This document shows, piece after piece, positions 39,523 through 50,854 of a stretch of 64,000 nt of DNA; within the stretch, counting starts at the first letter, position 1, and each line of letters starts with the position of its first letter. Origin of the DNA: an uncultured Chloroflexia bacterium (GTDB taxonomy: Bacteria > Chloroflexota > Dehalococcoidia > Dehalococcoidales > UBA2162); contig CAVUCA010000004.1 in the NCBI GenBank assembly GCA_963739865.1, positions 64,280-128,279 on the forward strand, written 5' to 3'. Both the position numbers and the translations under genes were made by a program. The notes beneath the pieces were generated by a model that was not told the DNA's origin, made no database searches, and worked only from the letters and a program-made list of their open reading frames with translations.

Positions 39523-41670
39523 ATGCCCGAGTTCGAATTAATCGCTGATTATGAAATGACCGGTGATCAACCTCAGGCAGTTGATAAACTAGAAGCGGGA
39601 ATACGAAAGGGACATAAATACCAGACACTGCTGGGTGTAACCGGAAGCGGTAAAACATTCACTATGGCTAATGTTATCACTCGTGTTCAGCGGCCGACAT
39701 TGATTATCAGCCATAATAAAACCCTGGCAGCGCAACTTTACAGTGAGTTCAAGGATTTTTTCCCTCATAACGCCGTCGAATATTTCGTCAGCTATTACGA
39801 CTATTATCAGCCGGAAGCTTATTTACCGCAGACAGATACATATATTGAAAAGGATGCTGATATCAATGACGAAATCGATAAGTTACGCCACGCTGCCACC
39901 CGGTCTTTATTCGAACGGCGGGATGTGATTATTGTGGCCTCGGTCTCGTGTATCTATGGCCTGGGTTCGCCTGAGGAATATAATAAATTTATCCTTGAAC
40001 TCAATAAGGGTACGGCATACAACCGTTCCCGGATATTACACCGTTTAGTCGATATGCAATATGAACGGAACGATATCGATTTTTCACGCGGAAAGTTCCG
40101 TGTCCGGGGAGACACCCTGGAAATTCAACCGGCATACGATGAACTGGCAATAAGAGTAGAATTTTTCGGTGATGATATTGAGCGGATTGTGGAAATCGAT
40201 CCGTTGACGGGGGAAATTGTCGCCCAGCTTGATACCATTTCCATCTATCCGGCCAAACATTTTGTGACCTCAGCAGATAAGCTTGACCGTGCCATCGAGT
40301 CGATTCGCCAGGAATTACATGGAAGGCTGGATGAATTTAAGAAACAGGGAAAAGTACTGGAAGCCGCACGTTTGGAGTCCCGTACCAATTATGACCTGGA
40401 GATGTTGCGAGAAGCCGGTTATTGTTCCGGGGTTGAGAACTATTCACGTCATCTTCTTGAAAGAGCACCGGGTAGCCCGCCATGGACTTTACTGGATTAT
40501 TTCCCGGATGACTTTTTACTGTTTATCGATGAATCACATATGTCGATACCACAGATACATGGTATGTATGGAGGAGACCGTTCCCGTAAACAAACCTTGA
40601 TTGATTTCGGTTTCCGTTTACCTTCAGCTCTGGATAACCGCCCCTTAAATTTCGATGAGTTTGACGAGAGGGTAAAGCAGACGGTTTATGTTTCAGCCAC
40701 CCCCGGTCCACGTGAGCAAAAAGTTAGTCAACAAACGGTGGAGCAATTGGTTCGTCCCACCGGTTTGCTGGAACCGACAATAGAAATAAAACCGACCAAA
40801 GGCCAGGTCGATGACCTGATGGATGAAATCAAGAAAAGAGTAGCCAATGGTGAACGGTGCCTGGTGACAACTTTAACCAAACGGATGGCAGAAGAGTTGG
40901 CAGACTATCTGTTGGAGATGGGAATCAAGACGCATTACCTCCATTCTGAAGTGGTAACCCTGGAACGGATAGAGATTCTACGTGACCTGCGCCTGGGAGT
41001 GTATGATGTAGTTGTGGGTATCAATTTATTACGTGAAGGCCTGGATTTACCGGAAGTGTCACTAGTAGCGATACTCGATGCTGATAAAGAAGGGTACTTA
41101 AGATCTGAGGGTGCCCTAATACAGACCATGGGAAGGGCAGCCCGGCATGTTGACGGCCATGTAATTATGTATGCAGATAGAGTAACGGTATCCATGGCGA
41201 AGGCGATCGCCGAGACGCAACGCCGGCGAAAAATCCAGGAAGACTTTAACAAAGAGCATAACATCACGCCGCAGGGAATTCGTAAAGCGATTAAAGATAT
41301 TACCGAACGAGTGAAGGTGGTAGCAGAAAACCGCACAAAGTACGAAGCTACGGCGATACCTATGCTTAAGGAAGATATCGTACGGTTAATAAAAGACCTG
41401 GAATCACAGATGAAGGCAGCCGCTAAGAATCTGGAGTTTGAGAGAGCAGCCTTATTGCGTGACCGGATCGTGGAATTACGGCGGTCAATCGATGAATCTC
41501 AATTACCTTTCGTTCCAACAACACCATCCCAGGCAAACAAGGAAATGCTCAGGTCCGATCTGGATAAGCTATACAAGACATCAAAAGTAATAACGAGGAA
41601 GCAACAAGATGAGCGAGATGAAAAAAGAAGAGGCAACCACACGCCAGGAGCGTCGCGAACAACGTCTTGA
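39523..41670 (+). CDS. uvrB: excinuclease ABC subunit B
   Basis: [32 protein letters not shown] and UVR domain [10 protein letters not shown]. Confidence 0.97.
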   Translation: MPEFELIADYEMTGDQPQAVDKLEAGIRKGHKYQTLLGVTGSGKTFTMANVITRVQRPTLIISHNKTLAAQLYSEFKDFFPHNAVEYFVSYYDYYQPEAYLPQTDTYIEKDADINDEIDKLRHAATRSLFERRDVIIVASVSCIYGLGSPEEYNKFILELNKGTAYNRSRILHRLVDMQYERNDIDFSRGKFRVRGDTLEIQPAYDELAIRVEFFGDDIERIVEIDPLTGEIVAQLDTISIYPAKHFVTSADKLDRAIESIRQELHGRLDEFKKQGKVLEAARLESRTNYDLEMLREAGYCSGVENYSRHLLERAPGSPPWTLLDYFPDDFLLFIDESHMSIPQIHGMYGGDRSRKQTLIDFGFRLPSALDNRPLNFDEFDERVKQTVYVSATPGPREQKVSQQTVEQLVRPTGLLEPTIEIKPTKGQVDDLMDEIKKRVANGERCLVTTLTKRMAEELADYLLEMGIKTHYLHSEVVTLERIEILRDLRLGVYDVVVGINLLREGLDLPEVSLVAILDADKEGYLRSEGALIQTMGRAARHVDGHVIMYADRVTVSMAKAIAETQRRRKIQEDFNKEHNITPQGIRKAIKDITERVKVVAENRTKYEATAIPMLKEDIVRLIKDLESQMKAAAKNLEFERAALLRDRIVELRRSIDESQLPFVPTTPSQANKEMLRSDLDKLYKTSKVITRKQQDERDEKRRGNHTPGASRTTS

Positions 41671-41806
41671 GAAGAAAAAGGAAAAGATGCCCCAGCACGG
41701 ACGGGGAGTGGGGCGGGTGTACAAGGAAGCCATTCTAAAGCGTGTCGATCAACTTAGAGATGAAAAAGAAAAAAGAAAACGCCTGGAAGAGAAGAAGTCC
41801 GAGTAG
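41609..41806 (+). CDS. small highly charged hypothetical protein
   Basis: GAGG RBS; Lys/Arg/Glu-rich 65 aa; overlaps the end of uvrB. Confidence 0.55.
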   Translation: MSEMKKEEATTRQERREQRLEKKKEKMPQHGRGVGRVYKEAILKRVDQLRDEKEKRKRLEEKKSE

Positions 41807-41917
41807 CATATCAGCTTTAGGGTGACCCGGATAAAAAGTTAACATTTCTTCACTCCGATACCGGCAGACTATAATGTTTGAAGAAATGATGGTCTATATT
41901 TACTGTATGAAGAATAT

Positions 41918-42457
41918 ATGTTTTTATTATCGCAGGATGTCAGAATGAGATATTTAAAGATGAATATTGGCCCGATGCTGATGGCAGCAACATTAGCATT
42001 TATCGTGTTTTTGTGTCCGCAAAGAGTTGATGCCCAGGATAAATCTGCGTTGTCGTTAATGATACTTAACACTGGATATAACCTCGAAGTAGAAGCTGGG
42101 AATGATAATCATTTTCCTTTGGAAGTCAGGAATTTAGGAACAACGACATTCGACAATATTAAGTTATCATCGGATATGGTCGGCGGTTGGATTATTGAGT
42201 TCACCCCGGTGGAAATCCAGTCATTAAGTCCCGGAAGTGTACAGATCATCGATGTTAATATACGGCCATCCTCAAATCTATCAGAAAAAGTACATTACAT
42301 AAGGATTTTTGCGACATCAGGTGCATTTCAGACGGTACAGAGTTACCAGCTGGAAGTAAAAACCGCTCCGATATGGTTATGGGTGGTCGTTGCTGTTGCG
42401 ATAGTTGCAGCAGCATTATTTGTGCTCATCTATCTCCGGATGGGAAGGCGGGGATAA
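41918..42457 (+). CDS. exported Ig-like (NEW3-like) protein with a C-terminal membrane anchor
   Basis: Signal peptide, VRNLG....NI.L and GW..EF.P..I.SL.PG; C-terminal TM plus basic tail. Start uncertain. Confidence 0.7.
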   Translation: MFLLSQDVRMRYLKMNIGPMLMAATLAFIVFLCPQRVDAQDKSALSLMILNTGYNLEVEAGNDNHFPLEVRNLGTTTFDNIKLSSDMVGGWIIEFTPVEIQSLSPGSVQIIDVNIRPSSNLSEKVHYIRIFATSGAFQTVQSYQLEVKTAPIWLWVVVAVAIVAAALFVLIYLRMGRRG

Positions 42458-42568
42458 AACCGGTAAATAACAGCTTTCCACTGCTGCCGGGTGTACTATC
42501 TCGAAATTCAGTGTTCGCCGAAATGCAGGTAATAAATTGATAGCAAACTGTATACTATGACAGACGTG

Positions 42569-44863
42569 TTATGCTTCCGGTTCGTCTTCATCTAGAGTAA
42601 GGTCATCTTCTGATTTCCCGTAACCCGGTTTTTCAGGTCCATAACCTTCCTGCTGTAATTTCTCAGCAATATTAGCTGCCCGGTTGTACCCCACGCGCAA
42701 CTTACGCTGTAAATACGATACCGAGTACTGGGGATGTTCGGCGGCAATAATGCGGGCTTCTTCCATAAGGGGGTCTTCGGTGGGCGTCGGTTTTAATGAA
42801 CCACCGACAGATGTGAATATTTTTCCAGTTGTAGGAGCGTTGGTTGAAGTATCAATTTTTAAAGATGGAGTATCTTTCCGTTGATTCCCCCAAAAATAAA
42901 CCAGCCGCTCGATTTCTGTATCGGATACATAACATCCCTGCAACCGTTTGGGTTTCGAGGCTTCCTGGGGCATATAGAGCATATCTCCTTTCCCCAGCAA
43001 CTTCTCCGCTCCGGCGCCATCAAGAATAGTCCTTGAGTCTACTTGAGAACTTACTGCGAAGCTGATCCGGGTGGGAAAATTAGCTTTTATCAGGCCGGTG
43101 ATGACATCGACCGACGGCCGCTGGGTAGCGACGACAAGATGTATTCCGACAGCCCTGGCCAACTGGGCTAAACGGCAGAGGATACGTTCTACTTCATCAC
43201 CCGACTGCATCATCAGATCGGCTAATTCATCGATGACCAGTACCAGGTACGGCAACTTCTGATCACCCTGCCGGGTTTTGTTATAACCATCGAGACTGCG
43301 TGCAGCAGCCGCTTGAAGTTTTTGATATCTCCGGTCCATTTCCTGGGCGAGCCAGCGAAGGGATTCGACGGCTTTTTCAGCTTCAACAATAACAGGAGCC
43401 GCGAGGTGCGGGATACTGTTGTATGAGGTCAATTCAACTCTTTTAGGATCGATTAATACGAAGCGTAAATCATAAGGAGTATTATTCATCAACAGGGAAC
43501 ATACGATCGTATTCAGGCAAACAGTTTTGCCACTTCCGGTAGCTCCGGCTATCAAAAGATGGGGCATCCGGGCGAGGTCACCAGTGACCGCTTCACCTCC
43601 CGCCCCTTTACCAAGGGCGATGGCTAATTTGGTTTTATTGACGGTCTTTTGGAATACGTTAGTTTCGATCACACCGCGCAGGGTAACGCTGGTAGATACA
43701 GTATTGGGGACTTCAATACCGACCAATGACTGACCGGGTATTGGAGCTTCGATACGGATAGTGGGGGCTGCTAAAGCCAGTGCTAAATCGTTAGCAAGTG
43801 AATTTATCCGCTCTACTTTCACACGGGTCTTTGAAATTTCTTCTTGCCGGACCCTGGTATGACCGTCCCGGTCTTTCTCTTTAAACTCCCTCATTTTACG
43901 GTCCCAGCCAGGTTCGATACCGAATTGAGTCACGGTAGGTCCCGTGTTTATCTGAACTACCTTGGCTTCGACACCATAGCTTTCCAGAGCTTCTTCAATC
44001 AGCTTTGCCCGGCGGTTATTATCGGACTGGTTGAAGACAACTTCAGGTGATTTTTCCAGGATATCAATAGGAGGTAATTTCCACCCGTCAACTACTGCGG
44101 TGGTAGGAGATTCCCCGTATTTTTTCCAGACTTCCTGGGCGACTTGTTTTAAATCTTCCCGGTTAGGAGATTCGATAGTTGAACCAGCGGTCTCGGTTTT
44201 AGGTGGCGGAGGAGTTTTAATCGTTTCGGTTTTCACAGCGGTCCGGGGAGGTTTTGGAGAAGCTATAGTGGGGAGGGTATCTACCGGTTCGTCCATTTTA
44301 AGTTTTGGCTGAGATACCGAACGGGCAGATTTCCATTTTTGAGTTTGTGTTGCAACTCCCGAAGCAGCCCGGCGTGTTAATCTCCAGGAAGCGAAGGGAG
44401 CTAACAAGATCAAACCGATCAAGACAAGACCGGACACTCGAAGTCCGCCGACAAAACTTTGACTGCTGATGATAGCTATACCGATACTGCCACCTAAAGC
44501 AAAGAAAGCCAGGATACCCCAGGCAGCGGTAAGGAAAAAAACAACGGCCAACCAATAGCGCCAACCATACCATAAGGCTGAAAGTCTATGACGTACAGCC
44601 AGTATGATAACCGTAATAACCAATAACACGATAATGACCAATCCCCAACCGAACGTGTTGGTGATACTATTCACCGTGTTGGTGATCCATGAGGAAATAT
44701 TATCCCACTGCCAGATGGCGACACCGACAACTGCGGCGATGATTGTTAAAAATAATCCAGGAGGTACAAGAAAAAAGCGAATGACTTTGAGCCAAAAGAT
44801 GATGAATCTCAACCAGAAAGGCCGATTATTATTAGCTGCTTGCCTGGAGTTTTTCCTTGCCAT
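42569..44863 (-). CDS. ftsK: DNA translocase FtsK/SpoIIIE
   Basis: PHLLIAGATGSGKT, IDPKRVE, DELADLMM, ATQRPSVDVITG and gamma domain LQRKLRVGYNRA. Confidence 0.96.
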   Translation of the reverse strand: MARKNSRQAANNNRPFWLRFIIFWLKVIRFFLVPPGLFLTIIAAVVGVAIWQWDNISSWITNTVNSITNTFGWGLVIIVLLVITVIILAVRHRLSALWYGWRYWLAVVFFLTAAWGILAFFALGGSIGIAIISSQSFVGGLRVSGLVLIGLILLAPFASWRLTRRAASGVATQTQKWKSARSVSQPKLKMDEPVDTLPTIASPKPPRTAVKTETIKTPPPPKTETAGSTIESPNREDLKQVAQEVWKKYGESPTTAVVDGWKLPPIDILEKSPEVVFNQSDNNRRAKLIEEALESYGVEAKVVQINTGPTVTQFGIEPGWDRKMREFKEKDRDGHTRVRQEEISKTRVKVERINSLANDLALALAAPTIRIEAPIPGQSLVGIEVPNTVSTSVTLRGVIETNVFQKTVNKTKLAIALGKGAGGEAVTGDLARMPHLLIAGATGSGKTVCLNTIVCSLLMNNTPYDLRFVLIDPKRVELTSYNSIPHLAAPVIVEAEKAVESLRWLAQEMDRRYQKLQAAAARSLDGYNKTRQGDQKLPYLVLVIDELADLMMQSGDEVERILCRLAQLARAVGIHLVVATQRPSVDVITGLIKANFPTRISFAVSSQVDSRTILDGAGAEKLLGKGDMLYMPQEASKPKRLQGCYVSDTEIERLVYFWGNQRKDTPSLKIDTSTNAPTTGKIFTSVGGSLKPTPTEDPLMEEARIIAAEHPQYSVSYLQRKLRVGYNRAANIAEKLQQEGYGPEKPGYGKSEDDLTLDEDEPEA

Positions 44864-44884
44864 ATCCAGTACCTCTTGGTAAGA

Positions 44885-46543
44885 CTATACACTAACCATG
44901 ACAGGCAAGATCATCGGCCGACGGTGCGTCTTTTCATAATAATATTTGTAAAGGGCATCTCTGACCTTGGTACTGACGAAGCCCCAATCGGCAGTCTGTT
45001 CGCTTCCGTGGTTAACTACTTTGGCGACAAGGTCGCGGCTTGCCTCGATCATATCCTTGGACTCTTCGATATCTACAAAACCGCGTGATGTAATATCAGG
45101 ACGCCCGACCAGTTTACCATTTTGGCGGTTTAAAGCGATAACTACCATGACAATGCCGTCTTTTGATAGTGTCTTCCGGTCTCGTAAAATAACACTATCG
45201 ATATCACCTACACTAAGACCATCGACATAAACATGGCTGGCGGAGACTTTATCCGTCTTTTCCCCCCCCTGTTGGTTAAGTTCAAGGACATCACCATCTT
45301 CCAAAATGAATATGTTTTCCGAGGGGATGCCAACCGATTCTGCTAATTTGGCGTGCATCGACAGGTGCCGGTATTCTCCATGGATGGGGACGAAGAACTT
45401 TGGTTTAGTCAAGGTAAGGATTAGTTTTAGTTCTTCCTGGCTGGCGTGGCCATGGACGTGGACACGGGCGATTTTATCATAAAGGACAACGGCACCCTGT
45501 CTAAATAAACTGTTTATGGTGCGGTCGATAAGAGCTTCGTTACCCGGTATCGGTGTAGCGGAAATGACGACTGTATCCCCTTTCATAACATGAAGCTGCC
45601 GATGGTCCTGATTAGCCATGCGTACCAGGGCTGAAGTTGGCTCCCCCTGAGTACCGGTGGTAATGATTATTACCTGTTCCGGGGGAGCATTATAGAATTC
45701 ATCAAGCCGGGCCAAGGTACCTTCGGGCGGCTTAAGATATCCAAACTCACGAGCCATACGTACGGTTTCAGTCATACTATGCCCGATGATAAAAACCTTT
45801 CTGCCGTGTTTGGCGGCGACATCCATGATCTGTTGTATACGTGAGACCAGTGAGGAGAAGGTAGCTATAATTACTCTTCCTTTAGCTTCGGTTACGATCC
45901 GGTCGATGGCTTCTCCGACTACTCTCTCCGAGGGTGTATAACCAGGTAGTTCAGCGTATGTGGAATCGGATAATAGTAACAGAACGCCTTCACTAGCTAA
46001 TTGAGCGAGTTTGGAAAGATCAGTAGGCTGACAACCGACAGGGGTATAATCCAGTTTAAAATCGCTAGTATGAACAAGAGTGCCGATAGGAGTCCTGATG
46101 ATCAGTCCTACTGAATCAGGAATACTATGGCATACCGGGAAAAATTCGATATGGAACTTGCCCAGAGAAAATGAACTGCCGGGGGGGAATACTTTGATGT
46201 CCGCCTCAGCCAGTGTCCGGCGCTCCCGGAGTTTTACCGATATCAGACCTTCAGTTAGTTTTGTACAGTAAACCGGGACATTTAATTGAGGCAAGATGTA
46301 AGGAAGAGCGCCGATATGGTCTTCATGCCCATGGGTGATCACGATACCACGCACTTTCTCCCGTCTTTCGAGAAGGTAGCTGATGTCGGGGATAACCAGG
46401 TCGATGCCAAGCATTTCTTCCTCGGGAAACATTAAACCGGCATCGATGACGATAATATCTTCTTCGTATTCGAGGACCAGCATATTTTTGCCAACTTCGC
46501 TATGGCCGCCTAAAGGTATGATTCTTATCTTAGATTTGGGCAT
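44885..46543 (-). CDS. rnj: ribonuclease J
   Basis: EVGKNM, THGHEDHIGA, HSIPD, GTQGEP and HVHGHA. Confidence 0.96.
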   Translation of the reverse strand: MPKSKIRIIPLGGHSEVGKNMLVLEYEEDIIVIDAGLMFPEEEMLGIDLVIPDISYLLERREKVRGIVITHGHEDHIGALPYILPQLNVPVYCTKLTEGLISVKLRERRTLAEADIKVFPPGSSFSLGKFHIEFFPVCHSIPDSVGLIIRTPIGTLVHTSDFKLDYTPVGCQPTDLSKLAQLASEGVLLLLSDSTYAELPGYTPSERVVGEAIDRIVTEAKGRVIIATFSSLVSRIQQIMDVAAKHGRKVFIIGHSMTETVRMAREFGYLKPPEGTLARLDEFYNAPPEQVIIITTGTQGEPTSALVRMANQDHRQLHVMKGDTVVISATPIPGNEALIDRTINSLFRQGAVVLYDKIARVHVHGHASQEELKLILTLTKPKFFVPIHGEYRHLSMHAKLAESVGIPSENIFILEDGDVLELNQQGGEKTDKVSASHVYVDGLSVGDIDSVILRDRKTLSKDGIVMVVIALNRQNGKLVGRPDITSRGFVDIEESKDMIEASRDLVAKVVNHGSEQTADWGFVSTKVRDALYKYYYEKTHRRPMILPVMVSV

Positions 46544-46551
46544 CTTGTTTT

Positions 46552-47175
46552 TTAGAACAGATTTAACTGTTTCGGCTCCCGTTTAGTTTCAGGTTTGACC
46601 TCAGTTTTCACCGGTTCCGGTTCTTTCTCCATTTCATTTAATAAAGGGCGTACTTTTAATATGTCAGATTCAATTTCCTGCCTTAAGCTTTGTTGGTGCA
46701 GAGCAGCGGCAGGATGATACATGGCAAAGCAAATAAGGCCGTCTTTCCTAATATAGGTACCGTGTATTTTACTAATACTTTTACCCGGAAAAAACAACTC
46801 CATCGAGTGACGTCCCAGGGTAATGATTATTTTAGGTCTAATTGTAGCTATCTGTTTATCAAGCCAAGGGCGGCAGCCGGCGATTTCACCGGGCAAAGGG
46901 TCCCGGTTATTAGGAGGGCGGTGCTTTACCATGTTAGTAATATAGACCTGTTCTCTTTTTATATCGATTGATGCCAGTAGACTATCCAGTAATTGTCCTG
47001 CTGCTCCGACAAAAGGACGTCCTTGCTGATCTTCATGAAACCCCGGCCCTTCACCAATAAACATAATACTGGCATTCTCAGGGCCTTCACCGGGAACTGC
47101 TCTGGTGGCGGTCTTGCTGAGGATGCAGCGTTGACAGGCGGCGATTTCTTTATAGAGGTCAGTAATGCTAGACAT
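46552..47175 (-). CDS. uracil-DNA glycosylase family 4
   Basis: C..C.L, GEGPG..ED..GRPFVG, RPPNNRDP and YHPAA. Confidence 0.92.
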   Translation of the reverse strand: MSSITDLYKEIAACQRCILSKTATRAVPGEGPENASIMFIGEGPGFHEDQQGRPFVGAAGQLLDSLLASIDIKREQVYITNMVKHRPPNNRDPLPGEIAGCRPWLDKQIATIRPKIIITLGRHSMELFFPGKSISKIHGTYIRKDGLICFAMYHPAAALHQQSLRQEIESDILKVRPLLNEMEKEPEPVKTEVKPETKREPKQLNLF

Positions 47176-47214
47176 TTAACGGAGCCACATTTCAGGGTGA
47201 TTCAATTCGCAGGT

Positions 47215-47243
47215 ATAATATCACTTGACATGGTTGAAGTCAA
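47215..47243 (-). promoter_or_regulatory. sigma70-type promoter of udg-rnj-ftsK
   Basis: Minus strand TTGACT-N17-TATTAT with an extended -10 TG. Confidence 0.6.
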
Positions 47244-47500
47244 TCTCGATTCGAATCTACTTGACTAACTTAACTGAAATCACTCGATCTACCCGGAGTT
47301 GGAAATTCACAAATAGTACTAAAATGTTATTTATAAGACTCATACTATATTACTTTAAGTACAGTGATTTATTCCCAGTGTGATACTTAGTTCACTTATC
47401 TATCAAATCCAATGTATAATCAGCGAATATACCCATTTATACAAGATAACCGGGCAATAAATATTACCATAAGTTTACATAATAGTACAGGTTTATATTT

Positions 47501-48820
47501 GTGAAAATACACCGAGATACTCCGGACCAGACACTAGGAAAGTCACTCCCTTTCGGAGGTAAAGGTCCTTTTTATGGATGGGTTATTGTGGGCGTCGGGG
47601 TGGTTACGCAGTTTTTCCAGGGAGTGACCAACCAGGGTTTTTCAAGTTACTTACCTTTTTTACAAGCAAAATTCGGCTGGTCGAAAGCATTGATGGCAGC
47701 TCCCCGGTCCGTATCACAGGTTGATAATTCAGTTCTAGGGCCGATCGAAGGTTACCTGGTGGACAAGTTCGGGCCCCGGGTGATAGCTACCATAGGTATT
47801 TTCTTCATGGGATTAGGACTAATCCTATTCGGATTAACCAACTCTTTATGGATGTATTTTGTGGCCAATATCGTTATAGACATCGGTACCGGTTTTGAGG
47901 GACTGTTGATAATGTCGGTAGCGGTAAATAACTGGTTCCGCCGTAAACGAACACTGGCCCAAGCGATCATGTTGCTGGGGTTTTCCATGGCTGGTTTGGT
48001 AGGTGTCCCTGCTTTAGGACTGGTTCAGACGAATTTAAACTGGCAGTCGGCAGCGATCGGGTCCGGCCTTATTATTTGGCTTTTCGGATTTCCCTGTGCT
48101 CAATTATTGCGAACAAACCCTGAACCTTACGGCTTGCAACCGGATGGTATCAAGTCAGGTTCAAACATCCCGGTAGAAAAAGCATCCCGGTATTTACCGT
48201 CGGAATATGATTTTTCCTTGAGGGAAGCAATCCGGACACCAACCTTTTGGTTTCTCGCGGTCGGTTGGGCTCTGGGAGGGATGGGGATGGGAGTGGCGCA
48301 AACTCATCTCTTCTTACACCTTGAAGCCACGGAGGGCGGAGCAGGCTTGACACATGCTTCTGCAACATTAGTCTGGAGTGTCGCTGCCTTCTCTAACATC
48401 CCATGCCGTCTTCTCGGGGGAATTCTTGGTGATCGACTTCCCAAGAACATTCTCCTCGGTATTGCTTCGATATTTATGGCGGTCTCCGTATATCTTCTGG
48501 CAATATCAAACAACCTCAGAATGGCTATAATATTTGCGGTGATATACGGTATTGGCTGGGGCATCAGGACTCCGGTAATGAATGCGATCCAAGCAGATTA
48601 TTTCGGAAGGCGCTCTCTTGGAAAAATCGTCGGCTGGCTGCAATCAATAAGCCTTCCGGTTACGATCGCTGCGCCGATAATCGCAGGTTATGTGGCAGAT
48701 GTGCAGGAGACTTACCGTGTGGCTTTTTCAGTTACTGCATTGATCAGTTTATTTGGCTCAGTTGCTATCTTCATGGCTAAGCAGCCACAGCCGCCATCTT
48801 TATCAATGACAAAATCCTAA
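47501..48820 (+). CDS. MFS transporter (monocarboxylate/OFA-like)
   Basis: FYGWVIV, GYLVDKFGPR, WFRRKR, G.LGDR and DYFGRR; about 12 TM. Confidence 0.88.
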   Translation: MKIHRDTPDQTLGKSLPFGGKGPFYGWVIVGVGVVTQFFQGVTNQGFSSYLPFLQAKFGWSKALMAAPRSVSQVDNSVLGPIEGYLVDKFGPRVIATIGIFFMGLGLILFGLTNSLWMYFVANIVIDIGTGFEGLLIMSVAVNNWFRRKRTLAQAIMLLGFSMAGLVGVPALGLVQTNLNWQSAAIGSGLIIWLFGFPCAQLLRTNPEPYGLQPDGIKSGSNIPVEKASRYLPSEYDFSLREAIRTPTFWFLAVGWALGGMGMGVAQTHLFLHLEATEGGAGLTHASATLVWSVAAFSNIPCRLLGGILGDRLPKNILLGIASIFMAVSVYLLAISNNLRMAIIFAVIYGIGWGIRTPVMNAIQADYFGRRSLGKIVGWLQSISLPVTIAAPIIAGYVADVQETYRVAFSVTALISLFGSVAIFMAKQPQPPSLSMTKS

Positions 48821-48857
48821 AAAGGTCTTCTCCCTTTTATAAGGAGAAGACCTTTTT
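48819..48857. terminator. bidirectional intrinsic terminator
   Basis: AAAAAGGTCTTCTCC-N9-GGAGAAGACCTTTTT. Confidence 0.88.
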
Positions 48858-48877
48858 CCTACAGAGTTCACTGTTTG

Positions 48878-50827
48878 TTATTTTCTACCGTTAACTAATT
48901 TGGTATTTGTCTTGGAAGGAGTGATAACCGGTTCTGTTATTGGTAAGGTACTTTTTTGGGTTAATAGTGAAACAACAACCAGTGTAATAAAACTAATCGG
49001 TACTGATATGATTGCCGGCTGACTGATCGGGTTAGGAGCTTTTACTCCTACCAGATGGTATACATTGGTGTAGGTATCTTGGGATAATAAAATCAAAACC
49101 AGCGATGAAATCAAGCCAGCTAAAATGGAGGCAATAATTCCTTTTGCAGTGGCTTTTTTCCAAAAGATAATCCCGAATATTGCCGGGAGATTAGCCGATG
49201 CGGCGATAGCGAATGCCCAACCGACTAGAAAAGAGACATTCATGCTTTTGAAAACAACTCCGAGTCCCATAGCAAGAATACCAACACCAATAGCGGTTGC
49301 TCTACCAGCGAAAACTATTGCATGATCGCTTAATTGCATGCGTCCGAATTTCAACATAAGGTCGTTAGCAACTGCACCTGAGGCAGCAACAATAAGACCG
49401 CTTACCGTTCCTAAGATCGTTGCAAAAGCGATAGCAGTGATGACTGCGAATATGCCGAGCCCGAACGAACGAGCTAGAAGTGGAGCTGACATGTTCTCAT
49501 TAGTGATATCCAACGAGCCACTGGTCATTGCCCCTAACCCGAGGTAGAGCGTGAGAAGATAAAATAGTCCTATCGCTGCTACGGCAACTATAGTAGATTT
49601 CCGAGCATAAGCCGGAGTGGGGACTGTATAGTAACGAATAAGAATATGAGGTAATGCCGCCGTCCCCAAGAATAAGGCAATCATAAGGGAAACGAAATTT
49701 ATGCGATCTAACGGAGTCGCACCGTGAGCCGGATCAATTTTGAATTTCAGTCCAGGAACTAAAACACTACTTCCTTCGGTTGGTACCTGATAATATGCAA
49801 CAACATGACTAGCACCGTCGTTAAATTCTGCTTTTCCCCACCGGATAACGGTGCCATCCTTGATTTTTTGGATGAAAGTAAAGGGATTAAGACTACCAGT
49901 TGAATCAACTTCCTGCCCTTCGATTTCACTGAGATATCCTACAAGATGAAATTCACCTTCTATTTTCGGATATCCGTTATACAAAGCTGGACCGTTAGGT
50001 TGAGAAGCGATAGTTTGTACCTCAGATAATACACCAGCCGACTTATCAAGTTTCCAATAGGTATCGATATCTTCCTTTTCAACTTTGATGAAAGTATTGG
50101 CTCCTACGGTATATTCGTCGATCACCTGATAGGATGTATCTTCAAGCGATATCCCGCTAGTATCGGACGAGATAATCTTTAATACATTTTTAAATTCTTC
50201 CGGAATAGTGCCAATACCACGGACGAACAGCATGATTACCAGAATTAGCGAGAATACAACCAGTAGGCCACCTTTAATAAACTGGACATAGGTTGTCGAT
50301 GCCATACCAGCGGTAGCAACAATTAGAATTACAATAAACCCAACTATTGCTACTCCTGCCTCGAAGGGTAGACCTAATAGGGGAGTTACCAGCGAACCGG
50401 CACCTACCATTTGGGGAATTAAGTAAAACAGAGAAACGACAAGAGTACTGATAGCAGCTGCTAAAACTACGCCACGAGATTTGAATTTAGCATTGATAGC
50501 ATCTGCAAAGGTATATTTCCCCAATCTCTTTAGTGGTTCAGCAACCACGAATAAGGCTACCATCCATCCAGCAAGGTAGCCGATTGAATATAGAAAACCA
50601 TCGAATCCAGCTACTGCAATCATTCCAGCGATACCGAGAAATGAAGCTGCAGAAAGATAATCTCCAGCGAAAGCGACCCCGTTTACAGTCCAATGAATAT
50701 TCCCACCAGCGGCATAGTAACCGCTGGCAGATTTAGCCTTACGGGCGAAAAACCAGGATAAAAATAAAACAGCAGCTACGAATCCAATAAAAATGATGAT
50801 TGCTAATGGTTCAGCTTTATAGTTCAT
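48878..50827 (-). CDS. actP: cation/acetate symporter (SSS family)
   Basis: GDYLSAASFLG, LIPQMVGAG, GTAALPHIL.RYYTVP and AFAIAASANLP; DUF485 partner upstream. Confidence 0.9.
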   Translation of the reverse strand: MNYKAEPLAIIIFIGFVAAVLFLSWFFARKAKSASGYYAAGGNIHWTVNGVAFAGDYLSAASFLGIAGMIAVAGFDGFLYSIGYLAGWMVALFVVAEPLKRLGKYTFADAINAKFKSRGVVLAAAISTLVVSLFYLIPQMVGAGSLVTPLLGLPFEAGVAIVGFIVILIVATAGMASTTYVQFIKGGLLVVFSLILVIMLFVRGIGTIPEEFKNVLKIISSDTSGISLEDTSYQVIDEYTVGANTFIKVEKEDIDTYWKLDKSAGVLSEVQTIASQPNGPALYNGYPKIEGEFHLVGYLSEIEGQEVDSTGSLNPFTFIQKIKDGTVIRWGKAEFNDGASHVVAYYQVPTEGSSVLVPGLKFKIDPAHGATPLDRINFVSLMIALFLGTAALPHILIRYYTVPTPAYARKSTIVAVAAIGLFYLLTLYLGLGAMTSGSLDITNENMSAPLLARSFGLGIFAVITAIAFATILGTVSGLIVAASGAVANDLMLKFGRMQLSDHAIVFAGRATAIGVGILAMGLGVVFKSMNVSFLVGWAFAIAASANLPAIFGIIFWKKATAKGIIASILAGLISSLVLILLSQDTYTNVYHLVGVKAPNPISQPAIISVPISFITLVVVSLLTQKSTLPITEPVITPSKTNTKLVNGRK

Positions 50828-50854
50828 TTACAAGATCCTCTTTTTGATGGTAGA

